From a virus (Duplodnaviria; Caudoviricetes), in the IMG/VR virus record IMGVR_UViG_3300043610_000016, positions 1 through 41,216 of that record: DNA of 41,216 bases. One strand, given 5' to 3'. Below the pieces are notes generated by a model, which was not told the DNA's origin, did not search any database, and was given only the letters and a program-made list of their open reading frames with translations. Shown here in pieces: positions 27,325 through 35,387 of this stretch. Every line of letters starts with the position of its first letter. Position 1 is the stretch's first letter. Made by a program: the position numbers and the translations under genes.

Positions 27325-27636
27325 ATGACCGCAAGAACGAGCGAGCTGCTCGCCGTCGAGCTGGACAAGGTCGGCCTGATCGGCATGGCCCAGATGGCCC
27401 GGGAGGACAAGTTCCACGACTTCCTCTCGTCGCTCGACGATGGCGTGAGCGCGCTGGTCGAGATGCTCGGGGTGGCGGCCGCCGGTTGCCCTGACGCGAT
27501 GCGGCGCATGGCTATGATCACCCTGCGCGACCGGGTGATCAACGGCGAGTTCGACGCCGACACGGCCGAGAGCGAGGCATGGGCCGAGAGCGAGGACGGT
27601 CAGGAGGCCTTCAACATGCTGATCAAGGACAAGTGA
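27325..27636 (+). CDS. Hypothetical protein
   Basis: GAGGGAG RBS; FHDF...NGEFDA. Confidence 0.65.
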   Translation: MTARTSELLAVELDKVGLIGMAQMAREDKFHDFLSSLDDGVSALVEMLGVAAAGCPDAMRRMAMITLRDRVINGEFDADTAESEAWAESEDGQEAFNMLIKDK

Positions 27637-28148
27637 TGAGCGCTCCTGCTTTGTTCCGCTCCGACAGCCTCGCCCCGGTGCGCGCCACCCGGGCCATGCT
27701 GCATGAGATGGCGGCGACGTTCGCCGAGGAGCAGTTCGCCCAGCAGGGCAGTGCCCCGTTCATGTGGCTCATCGGCTGCGGCTCGCGCATCATCTGGGTC
27801 GAGACCGACTGGGAGGACGACGCCGAGAAGGAGACCTCGGTCAGGTTCATCCGCAAGCTGGCGCAGCAGCTCGGGGCCGACTGCTACACCTTCATTGCCG
27901 AGGCGTGGGTAAGTGTCACGCCCCGGGCCGAGTTCGAGCGCGGCACGCGGGTGCCTCCGAGCGAGCGGCCCAAGGCCGAGCGCGACGATATCCTGATGGT
28001 GCTTTCCGTCGACCACACCGAGAACAAGACCAGCCGCTGGCTGGTGACCGAGCGCCGCCATGGACTGAATTTCCTCGGCCCCCGGGTCGATCAGGAGGAC
28101 ATGCCCGCGACCGGGCAGATGCTGAGCATTTTGAAGGGATGGTCATGA
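27636..28148 (+). CDS. Hypothetical protein
   Basis: TGATG coupling; EAW...PSE.P..ER. Confidence 0.65.
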   Translation: MSAPALFRSDSLAPVRATRAMLHEMAATFAEEQFAQQGSAPFMWLIGCGSRIIWVETDWEDDAEKETSVRFIRKLAQQLGADCYTFIAEAWVSVTPRAEFERGTRVPPSERPKAERDDILMVLSVDHTENKTSRWLVTERRHGLNFLGPRVDQEDMPATGQMLSILKGWS

Positions 28149-28363
28149 GCACTCTGGCCAGTTCTATCACCGTTTTCGCCAGCTGCTTCACCGCCGGGTG
28201 GGTCGTCGTCGGCTGGTTCATGCAGATGCGGGTCAATCAGGCGCAGATCAAGCTGAACATGCTGCAGCGCGAAATGGTCGTTCACCTGCTCGCCCGGGTC
28301 GATCATCTCGAGCGGCAGGTGCTTCCCGAGCATGAGCTGCGGGAGGAGAACCATGTCCACTGA
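28145..28363 (+). CDS. Small TM plus coiled-coil protein
   Basis: ATGA coupling; hydrophobic N-terminus. Confidence 0.55.
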   Translation: MSTLASSITVFASCFTAGWVVVGWFMQMRVNQAQIKLNMLQREMVVHLLARVDHLERQVLPEHELREENHVH

Positions 28364-28904
28364 GCGCAAATGCGGCGACTGCCAGCTCTGCTGCAAGCTT
28401 CTGCCGACCAAGGAGATCGGCAAGGTCGCCAACACCCGCTGCGAGCACCAGCGCACCGGCAAGGGCTGCATGATCTACGACCGGCGGCCGTTCTCCTGCA
28501 GTTCGTGGAGCTGCCGCTGGCTGCTCGAGGATGACACCGCCGATCTGTCGCGGCCCGACCGTTCCCACTACGTCATCGACCTGATCCCCGACTATGTGAC
28601 GGCCGTGCATGAAGACGGCCGCAAGGACGATATCCCGGTGCTGCAGGTCTGGGTCGACCCCGCCCATCGCGACGCCCACCGCGATCCGCATCTCAGGGCC
28701 TACATTGCCCGGCAGGGCGAGAAGTACGGCATGGCGGCACTGATCCGCTTCGGTTCGTCCGAGGCCTTCGTGCTCGCCCCGCCCGCCATCTCCGCTGACG
28801 GCCAGTGGCACGAACAGAGCGGCGACTGCAGCCGCAAGGAGCACTCGCTCGCCGACACCCTGTCGAAGTTCGGCGGCCGCGTGATCATGGAGGAACGGCC
28901 ATGA
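28353..28904 (+). CDS. YkgJ-like cysteine-cluster protein
   Basis: CGDCQLCC...C...C.IY..RP..C..W.C.W. Confidence 0.75.
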   Translation: MSTERKCGDCQLCCKLLPTKEIGKVANTRCEHQRTGKGCMIYDRRPFSCSSWSCRWLLEDDTADLSRPDRSHYVIDLIPDYVTAVHEDGRKDDIPVLQVWVDPAHRDAHRDPHLRAYIARQGEKYGMAALIRFGSSEAFVLAPPAISADGQWHEQSGDCSRKEHSLADTLSKFGGRVIMEERP

Positions 28905-29347
28905 GCAAGAAGACGGCGCAGGAGATGGCCGAGTGGATGGCCCAGCTTGCCGACGACTTCAACTCCAAATGGATCGGCACCTACATCCTCGACGAGAACC
29001 ACCAGCCGGTGAAGGCCAGCACCCTGACGTGGGCGCGCTGCCTCGAGATGAGCGACCGCCAAGTCGCCCTGTCCGAGACCGAGCTGCATGAGGTGTCGAC
29101 GGTGTTTCTCGGCCTCGACCACTCTTTCGGCAATGGCCCGCCGATCCTGTTCGAGACCATGGTGTTCGCCCGGGAACGCGGCGGCGACGGCCAGCGCCTC
29201 GGCGACGACCTCGGTCTCATGGACCGCTATGCCACTTGGGACGAAGCGCTCAAGGGTCACAACGACATCCTGCGCGAGGTATCGAAGCTGGAGGGAAAAG
29301 CCACAGAAAAACTGAAATCACTGCAATCACCACCAGAAAGGAACTAG
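28901..29347 (+). CDS. Phage hypothetical protein
   Basis: VSTVFLGLDH.....PP.LFETMVF...RY.TW.EA..GH. Confidence 0.7.
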   Translation: MSKKTAQEMAEWMAQLADDFNSKWIGTYILDENHQPVKASTLTWARCLEMSDRQVALSETELHEVSTVFLGLDHSFGNGPPILFETMVFARERGGDGQRLGDDLGLMDRYATWDEALKGHNDILREVSKLEGKATEKLKSLQSPPERN

Positions 29348-29349
29348 GC

Positions 29350-29628
29350 ATGACCGCATCATTGGCAACGCACACGGGGGCAGCCCGTCGCGGCTGGCAG
29401 ACCGAAACCGGCACCGAGTTCACGTTCAAGGACATCGCAGAGCTGTGCGCCTTCCTGCAGCACGAAATCCAGAGTTCGAAACGCAAGTACAAGAAGATCG
29501 CCGAAATGGCCGGGTGCTGCCCGGCGACCGTCAGCAACATGGCCTCCGGCACCACCATCTACCCGCGCGCCGGGACCGTCTTCGCCATGCTGCGCGTGCT
29601 CGGTTACGAAGTCGTGATCCGCGCATGA
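29350..29628 (+). CDS. XRE-family HTH protein
   Basis: KIAEMAGCCPATVSNMASG.T..PR..T. Confidence 0.75.
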   Translation: MTASLATHTGAARRGWQTETGTEFTFKDIAELCAFLQHEIQSSKRKYKKIAEMAGCCPATVSNMASGTTIYPRAGTVFAMLRVLGYEVVIRA

Positions 29629-30074
29629 CGTCGGCCTATCGCGACAGGCTCGAGCGCGAGCTGGCCCGCATCCGCAGCGTCGCCGACGACTTCGAAGCGG
29701 CGCTCAGGGTTGAGGCCCTGCTCAACGGTACGGGCGAAAGCCCGAGCAAGGTTCTGGAGCTGAAGGCGGATGACCCGAAAAAGACCTCGGGCAAGATCAC
29801 CATCCGCAAGATCGCGGCCGACGAGCCTGTCCCGGTGGAAAAGCCCGGGAAGCCAAAGCGGGTGCGCCAGAGCGCCGATCACCAGCTTTGGCGCGGCCGG
29901 GTGATGGACTACATCCGCGCGCATGGCACAGCGAAGTCGGGCGAGCTGCTCGAGCATTTCGGCATCGCCAACGGCAGCAAGGCGGAGAAGCAGGTGCTCT
30001 ACCAAGTGATGTATGATCTGCGCCGCCTCAAGCAGCTGGCCCGGGGCGACGATCTGGTCTACCGGCTGCCCTGA
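29625..30074 (+). CDS. Hypothetical protein with a possible C-terminal winged helix
   Basis: ATGA coupling; helical C-terminus. Confidence 0.6.
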   Translation: MTSAYRDRLERELARIRSVADDFEAALRVEALLNGTGESPSKVLELKADDPKKTSGKITIRKIAADEPVPVEKPGKPKRVRQSADHQLWRGRVMDYIRAHGTAKSGELLEHFGIANGSKAEKQVLYQVMYDLRRLKQLARGDDLVYRLP

Positions 30075-30087
30075 CGCCAATTTTCCA

Positions 30088-30291
30088 ATTCCGCCCTACC
30101 CCTAGCTCCCCCGCTGTGCGAAGGGGCGGATGAAGGCGGTGCCGCTCCAACACATCCCCCCAGATGCCCCGGAGCGGCACCGTCCGAAATTTGAAATTCT
30201 GCCCCGACCTCAACCCCATCATAAGCAGGGGCGGATGACGGCGGCACCGCCCTGCTGTTTGCACCAATAGGCAGTCAGGGCGGTGCCGCCT
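30088..30291 (+). ncRNA. Candidate tandem structured RNA (two copies of a two-hairpin unit)
   Basis: ~105-bp period; identical AGGGGCGGATGA; compensatory changes and plus-strand G-U pairs. Confidence 0.5.
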
Positions 30292-30293
30292 GA

Positions 30294-30321
30294 TTGACAC
30301 CGTTCGAACGGGTCAGATACT
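30294..30321 (+). promoter_or_regulatory. Putative terL promoter with a palindromic spacer
   Basis: TTGACA-N16-GATACT; CCGTTCGAACGG palindrome at 30300-30311. Confidence 0.5.
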
Positions 30322-30325
30322 TGAG

Positions 30326-31747
30326 ATGGCCATGGTCAATGGCCGCGTCATCCACCGCTTTGTGCCGCAAGAGGCACAGATGCCCTACATCACAAGCCCG
30401 GCCGACATCACCGTCTTCGGTGGTGCGCGCGGTGGCGGCAAGACGTTCGGCAGCCTCGGCGACTGGTGGCTGCACAGTGAGAGCCACGGGGTCAACGCAC
30501 GCGGCCTGATGCTGCGCAAGCGCCTGACCGATCTCAAAGACACCATCGACATCGCCAAAAACCTGTTCGGCAATGCTGCCGTCTGGAAGAAGGACGACAG
30601 CTGCTTCGAAATGCGGAACGGCGGCAAGCTGTTCATGGCCTACCTCGAAACCGAAAGCGATGCCGAGGGCTATCAGGGCTGGTCGCTGACCCGGGTCTAC
30701 CTCGAGGAGATCACCCAGTTTTCGTCGCTGACGCCGATGCTGAAGCTGCTCGCGACCCTGCGCTCACCGGCTGGGGTCCGCTGCCAGATGAAGGCGACCT
30801 GCAACCCCGGCGGCCCCAGTCACTTCGCCGTCAAGTCGATGTTCATCGACAACGGCCCCAACAACATCGTTGTCGATCCTGAAAGCGGCGTCAGCCGCGT
30901 TTTCATTCCCTCCCGCGTCATCGACAATCCGGCGCTGCTCGAAAGCGATCCCGGCTACATCAACCGCCTGCGCGCGGTCGGCAGCGCAACGCTGGTCAAG
31001 GCGTGGCTCGATGGCGACTGGGATGTGGTCGAAGGGGCGTTTTTCCCGGAATTTTCGAAAAACCGCCATGTCATTACACCGTTCCCGGTGCCGTCGCACT
31101 GGATCAAATTCCGTTCGATGGACTGGGGCTCGGCCAAGCCGTTCTCGGTCGGCTGGTGGACCGTGGCGCAGAACACCTTCGCCCATGACGGCCACGTCAT
31201 CCCCCGGGGTGCCATCGTCCGCTATCGCGAGTGGTACGGGGCCAAACCCGGTTTCGGCAATATCGGCCTGCACATGACCGCCGAGGAAGTGGCCCGCCAC
31301 ATCCTGAAACTGGAGACCGACGAGGACGGCAAGCGCGAATATATCGCCTACGGCATCCTCGACCCGGCCGCCTTCGCCGTCATCTCCGGCCCGTCCATCG
31401 CCGAAACCATGCTGCGCTCCAAGGTCGTCTTCCGCCGCGCCGACAACATCCGCGTTTCGCGCGACAAGCGCATGGGCGGCTGGGACCAGCTGCGCAACCG
31501 GCTGAAGGGCGACGAGGACGGCAACGCGATGATCTTCGTCATGGAACACTGCCGCGACCTCGTCCGCACCCTGCCGATGATGGTGCATGACCAGCACAAC
31601 CCGGAAGACCTCGACACCGACAGCGAAGACCACGCCGTCGATGAATGCCGTTATGCCTGCATGTCACGACCTTTTACCCAAATCACCCTCGATCTCGAAA
31701 GCCGCAATCCGTACCTCGTCAAAAACGCCTTCAAGCTGGAAGATTGA
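30326..31747 (+). CDS. terL: Terminase large subunit
   Basis: FGGARGGGKT Walker A, YLEE Walker B, TCNPGG, MDWG and DHAVDECRY nuclease motifs; start uncertain (30326/30332/30380). Confidence 0.95.
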   Translation: MAMVNGRVIHRFVPQEAQMPYITSPADITVFGGARGGGKTFGSLGDWWLHSESHGVNARGLMLRKRLTDLKDTIDIAKNLFGNAAVWKKDDSCFEMRNGGKLFMAYLETESDAEGYQGWSLTRVYLEEITQFSSLTPMLKLLATLRSPAGVRCQMKATCNPGGPSHFAVKSMFIDNGPNNIVVDPESGVSRVFIPSRVIDNPALLESDPGYINRLRAVGSATLVKAWLDGDWDVVEGAFFPEFSKNRHVITPFPVPSHWIKFRSMDWGSAKPFSVGWWTVAQNTFAHDGHVIPRGAIVRYREWYGAKPGFGNIGLHMTAEEVARHILKLETDEDGKREYIAYGILDPAAFAVISGPSIAETMLRSKVVFRRADNIRVSRDKRMGGWDQLRNRLKGDEDGNAMIFVMEHCRDLVRTLPMMVHDQHNPEDLDTDSEDHAVDECRYACMSRPFTQITLDLESRNPYLVKNAFKLED

Positions 31748-31829
31748 CGAAAGTGCCAAATCGGACCGATAAACTGGGGTTACTAGGGCTAAATCGCGAC
31801 ATGCGCCACCAAAGCGCAAGGATTGCTTG

Positions 31830-34145
31830 ATGCCCTCGTCGACATCCTACACCGATGACAAACCAGCTGGCGTTGATCCGCTGACCGCTGCCTCCGACAA
31901 GCCCGACCGCGTCGACGTCGACGCCCCCGTCGCCGGGCAGGTCACCGAAGACGACCCCATCGACCCCAAATACTGGCTGCGCTGCCTCGAGGACGCCGAA
32001 CGGGCCGAGCAAAACTGGCGCAAGCGCGGTCGCCAGATCATCGGGATATACCGGAATGAACATGGAACGGGTGGTATTGGCAAGGCTCGCAAAGGCACGA
32101 CACAGATCACTTTCAATATACTTTATGCGAATACTGAGACGATGCTACCGGCGATTTACCAGAAGCCGCCGCAGCCGGTCGTCAGGGCCCGCTTCTCGCA
32201 GCCAGACAAAGAACCGCCGCCCCCGCCCATGGTGGGGCTGGCTCCGCCCCCCGGACCCGCCATCGCTCCCGGACCCATGGGCCCCGGAGGCGCACCCTTG
32301 CCCCCAATGCCTCCCACAGGTCTCCCCGATGGGCTCGGTCCAGTGGACCCCGGCCTCGGCCCCCAGCCTGAAACCATCGGCCAGCCCGGCCTCCCGGGTG
32401 CAATGGCCCCGGAACCTGTGCCGGGCATGGCTCCGCCGCCAGCCGCTCCAGTGGTGGGCCCGTCGCCGAGCCAGAAAGCCATCGAGACCGCTGCCAGTGT
32501 CATGGAAAAGGCGCTGGAGATAGTCGTCGACGACGAGCAGAGCGACGAGAGCGTCAAGGCGGCGATCAAGGATGTGCTGCTGCCCGGGCGCGGCGTCTGC
32601 CGGGTCAGGTGGAAGCCGCAGATGGAACAGCGGCCGGTCACGGCCGGGGACGGCACAACGCCGCTGCCCAATCCCGGCGTCGCCCGGGGCATGGGCGACA
32701 ATGGCGGCCCGCCCATGGAAGAGGTCAAGGTCTGGGAAGAGGTCGGCGACGAATACGTCTACTGGGAGGACATCCTGATCGACCCGGTCAGGGCCGCCGA
32801 GAGCACCGACTGGATCGCCTTCCGCCACCTGTTCGGCGAGCAGGCGCTGGTCGACGAGTTCAGCGGCAACGAGATTTTTGACAAGTTCGTCGAGAAGGGC
32901 CGCCTGTCGGACCTCCTGAAATGGACCGAGGAGAGCGCCGCCAAGGATGCTGTCGGCGGCGGGTCAGCGATCCGCACCAGCGACAAGCTCGGCGACGTCA
33001 TCAAGAAGGCGATGGTCTGGGAAATCTGGGACCGCGTCAAAAAGCGGGTCATCTGGTTCATCCGCGATGCGGGCGGGCTCACCCTGCGCGTCGACCCCGA
33101 CACCTACGGCCTGCAAGGCTTTTACCCGATCCCCCGGCCGATGCTCGCCGTCACCACCACTGACACGCAAATTCCGCGCGCATTCTACGAACTCTATGCC
33201 GATCTGGCCGCCGATCTCGACGAGACGTCGCGCCGCATCTCCAACCTGACCAAGCAGATCAAGGTGCGCGGTGGCTACAATTCGGCCTCGGGCGCCATTG
33301 CCGATCTCCTGAAGGCCGACGATCAGAAAATGATCCCGGTCGACGGCGTCGACATGCTCAACGGCGGCCTGCAGAACCACATCTGGCTTGTCCCCATCGT
33401 CGATTTCATGGCCGCCCTCGACAAGCTCTACACCGCCCGCGAGCAGGTCAAGCAGGCGATCTACGAGATCATGGGCATCTCCGACATCATGCGCGGCGCA
33501 ACCAAGGCCAGCGAGACTGCCACGGCGCAGCGCATCAAGGGCTCCATGGGCATGGTGCGGCTGCAGGACCAGAAGCAGCAGGCAGGCAATTTCGTTCGCG
33601 ACCTCTTGCGGATGAAGGCCGAAATCATCGCCCAGAACTTCGACGCCGAGACGCTGAGCGCCATGACAGGCGAGGATGTCACCCCCGAGGTGATGGCAAT
33701 TTTAAGATCCGATTTCCAGCGCACCTGCGCGGTCGATATCGAGGCCGACAGCACCGTCACCGCCGATCTGCAGGAAGAGCAGCAGTCGATGGCGATGATC
33801 ATGCAGAGCGTGCAGGGGGTCATGCAGGGCGCGGCGCAGATGCTGCAGACCGGCCTCCTGCCACCAGCGCAGGTGATGCAGCTATCGCTCGAGATGCTCA
33901 AGATGTTCCTCGGCCCGATCCGCTATTCGCGCGGCGTCGTCGAGCTGATCAACACCTTCATGGAGCAGCTGCAGAGACAGGCCGCGCTGCCACCACCCCC
34001 GATGCCTGGCCCACCACCTCCCGGCGCTGGGCCACCTGCGCCGAACGGAGGCCCCCCGGGCGGTGGACCGTCCACTTCGCCGCCACCCGGGGGCGCAAAA
34101 CCCCCACCCAACGGCATGCCACCCGGCATGCCACCAATGCAGTAG
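31830..34145 (+). CDS. Portal protein with Pro-rich insertions
   Basis: Follows terL; FNILYAN, GISDIMRG..ASETATAQ motifs. Confidence 0.88.
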   Translation: MPSSTSYTDDKPAGVDPLTAASDKPDRVDVDAPVAGQVTEDDPIDPKYWLRCLEDAERAEQNWRKRGRQIIGIYRNEHGTGGIGKARKGTTQITFNILYANTETMLPAIYQKPPQPVVRARFSQPDKEPPPPPMVGLAPPPGPAIAPGPMGPGGAPLPPMPPTGLPDGLGPVDPGLGPQPETIGQPGLPGAMAPEPVPGMAPPPAAPVVGPSPSQKAIETAASVMEKALEIVVDDEQSDESVKAAIKDVLLPGRGVCRVRWKPQMEQRPVTAGDGTTPLPNPGVARGMGDNGGPPMEEVKVWEEVGDEYVYWEDILIDPVRAAESTDWIAFRHLFGEQALVDEFSGNEIFDKFVEKGRLSDLLKWTEESAAKDAVGGGSAIRTSDKLGDVIKKAMVWEIWDRVKKRVIWFIRDAGGLTLRVDPDTYGLQGFYPIPRPMLAVTTTDTQIPRAFYELYADLAADLDETSRRISNLTKQIKVRGGYNSASGAIADLLKADDQKMIPVDGVDMLNGGLQNHIWLVPIVDFMAALDKLYTAREQVKQAIYEIMGISDIMRGATKASETATAQRIKGSMGMVRLQDQKQQAGNFVRDLLRMKAEIIAQNFDAETLSAMTGEDVTPEVMAILRSDFQRTCAVDIEADSTVTADLQEEQQSMAMIMQSVQGVMQGAAQMLQTGLLPPAQVMQLSLEMLKMFLGPIRYSRGVVELINTFMEQLQRQAALPPPPMPGPPPPGAGPPAPNGGPPGGGPSTSPPPGGAKPPPNGMPPGMPPMQ

Positions 34146-34154
34146 GAGAACGCC

Positions 34155-34385
34155 ATGTCTGCCAAAGAAAAGCCCGAAGCAAACGAGCCTGCCGCTGATC
34201 CGCTGACCACGGGACTGCCCGGGGAAGCCTACCAGAACGAGCAGTTCAAGTCGGACCCCGACCCGGTGTCGCCCGCCGTCGAGCCGGAGAAGGCCACCCA
34301 GCTCGACATCGCCCCCAACCAGCCCTATCCGACCGGCGGCGCGACGCCGGAGCCTGACGAACCGGCCAAGGGGAAGAAGCCATGA
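34155..34385 (+). CDS. Hypothetical Pro-rich protein
   Basis: AGGAG RBS. Confidence 0.65.
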   Translation: MSAKEKPEANEPAADPLTTGLPGEAYQNEQFKSDPDPVSPAVEPEKATQLDIAPNQPYPTGGATPEPDEPAKGKKP

Positions 34386-34885
34386 GCCAGTCCCTGCCAC
34401 GCCCGATCACCGCAGCCATGGTGACCCCGGCCTACGTGCCGGTGATCACCTACAAGGGCGGCCAGTCGGGCGATGACGTCACCCAGTCCTCGGCCAACTC
34501 GACCGGCAGCTATGCGCCGCGCACTCAGGCCCAGCGGGCCGGGCAGCTCGGCGTCGGCATGGCGGTCGACGTCACCACGCCGCGCGGCTGGATCGATCCC
34601 AACGAGCCCTATGCCGCCGCGCCAGCCGCTCCGGTGCTGACCTCGATCTCGCCGACAACCGGCGTCCATGGCGCGGCCAACATGGAGGTCACCCTGACCG
34701 GCACCGGCTTCACGCCCAAATCGTCGGTCTACACGGGCGGGGTGATCACCCCGTTCTACAGCTATGTGTCGCCCACCCAGATGAAGGTGACCATCGACCT
34801 CGTCAATTCGGTCGCGGGCGTCATCGACATCAAGGTCTTGGACCACGGCCTGCTGTCGGCAGCCCGGCCGTACACGATCACATGA
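34382..34885 (+). CDS. IPT/TIG Ig-like domain protein (decoration candidate)
   Basis: PVLTSISPTTG......VTLTGTGF...YVSPTQ. Confidence 0.75.
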   Translation: MSQSLPRPITAAMVTPAYVPVITYKGGQSGDDVTQSSANSTGSYAPRTQAQRAGQLGVGMAVDVTTPRGWIDPNEPYAAAPAAPVLTSISPTTGVHGAANMEVTLTGTGFTPKSSVYTGGVITPFYSYVSPTQMKVTIDLVNSVAGVIDIKVLDHGLLSAARPYTIT

Positions 34886-35136
34886 CCGGCCCGAGGGACA
34901 CGCCGCGTTTCGGGGTGCCGGTCGACTACAGCACCGGGGAGCCGCTGACCGAAGCGCAGATCGGCCGTCTGGAGCGCCTCGACGAGGCCTACAAGCAGCT
35001 GCTGATCGTGATGCATGTTGCCGAGGGCACCGACCCCGGCAACCCGCAGTTCTCCTCGCGGCGCATGGCCATCGCCGGTACCCAGATCGAACTGGGGATG
35101 ATGATGGCCCGGCGCGCCGCACTGGAGGCAAAATGA
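34882..35136 (+). CDS. Acb2/Tad1-like helical-hairpin protein (putative anti-defence sponge)
   Basis: LTEAQI..L and RRMAIAGTQIELGMMMARRA resemble the Acb2 helices as recalled. Confidence 0.5.
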   Translation: MTGPRDTPRFGVPVDYSTGEPLTEAQIGRLERLDEAYKQLLIVMHVAEGTDPGNPQFSSRRMAIAGTQIELGMMMARRAALEAK

Positions 35137-35387
35137 CCATCTGGGTCTACCGGGGAGGCGTGTTGGTCATGAAGGAGCTGGAGCGGTCTGGGTTGACGCC
35201 TGTCCGCTCCAGCTTCCCGACGCCGATGATCAGCCGCATCGAGGCCTACGAGAGCCCGATAGACGGCAAGGAAATCACCAGCTGGGGCCAGCGCAACGCC
35301 GAGATGCGCGAGCATGACACCTACGATCCGAGGGACATGCCCGAGGGTCATGTCTACGAAAAGTCGAAAGGACGACGCCATGAGTGA
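35133..35387 (+). CDS. Podovirus head-module small protein
   Basis: YESPIDGKEITS...R...M..H motif. Confidence 0.65.
   Translation: MTIWVYRGGVLVMKELERSGLTPVRSSFPTPMISRIEAYESPIDGKEITSWGQRNAEMREHDTYDPRDMPEGHVYEKSKGRRHE

Noticed and set aside
30125-30190. Hammerhead ribozyme (CGGATGA...CGAAA)
   Set aside because: The core reads CGGAUGA rather than CUGANGA, stem II closes with an A-C mismatch, there is no clear stem III, and unit 2 lacks GAAA.
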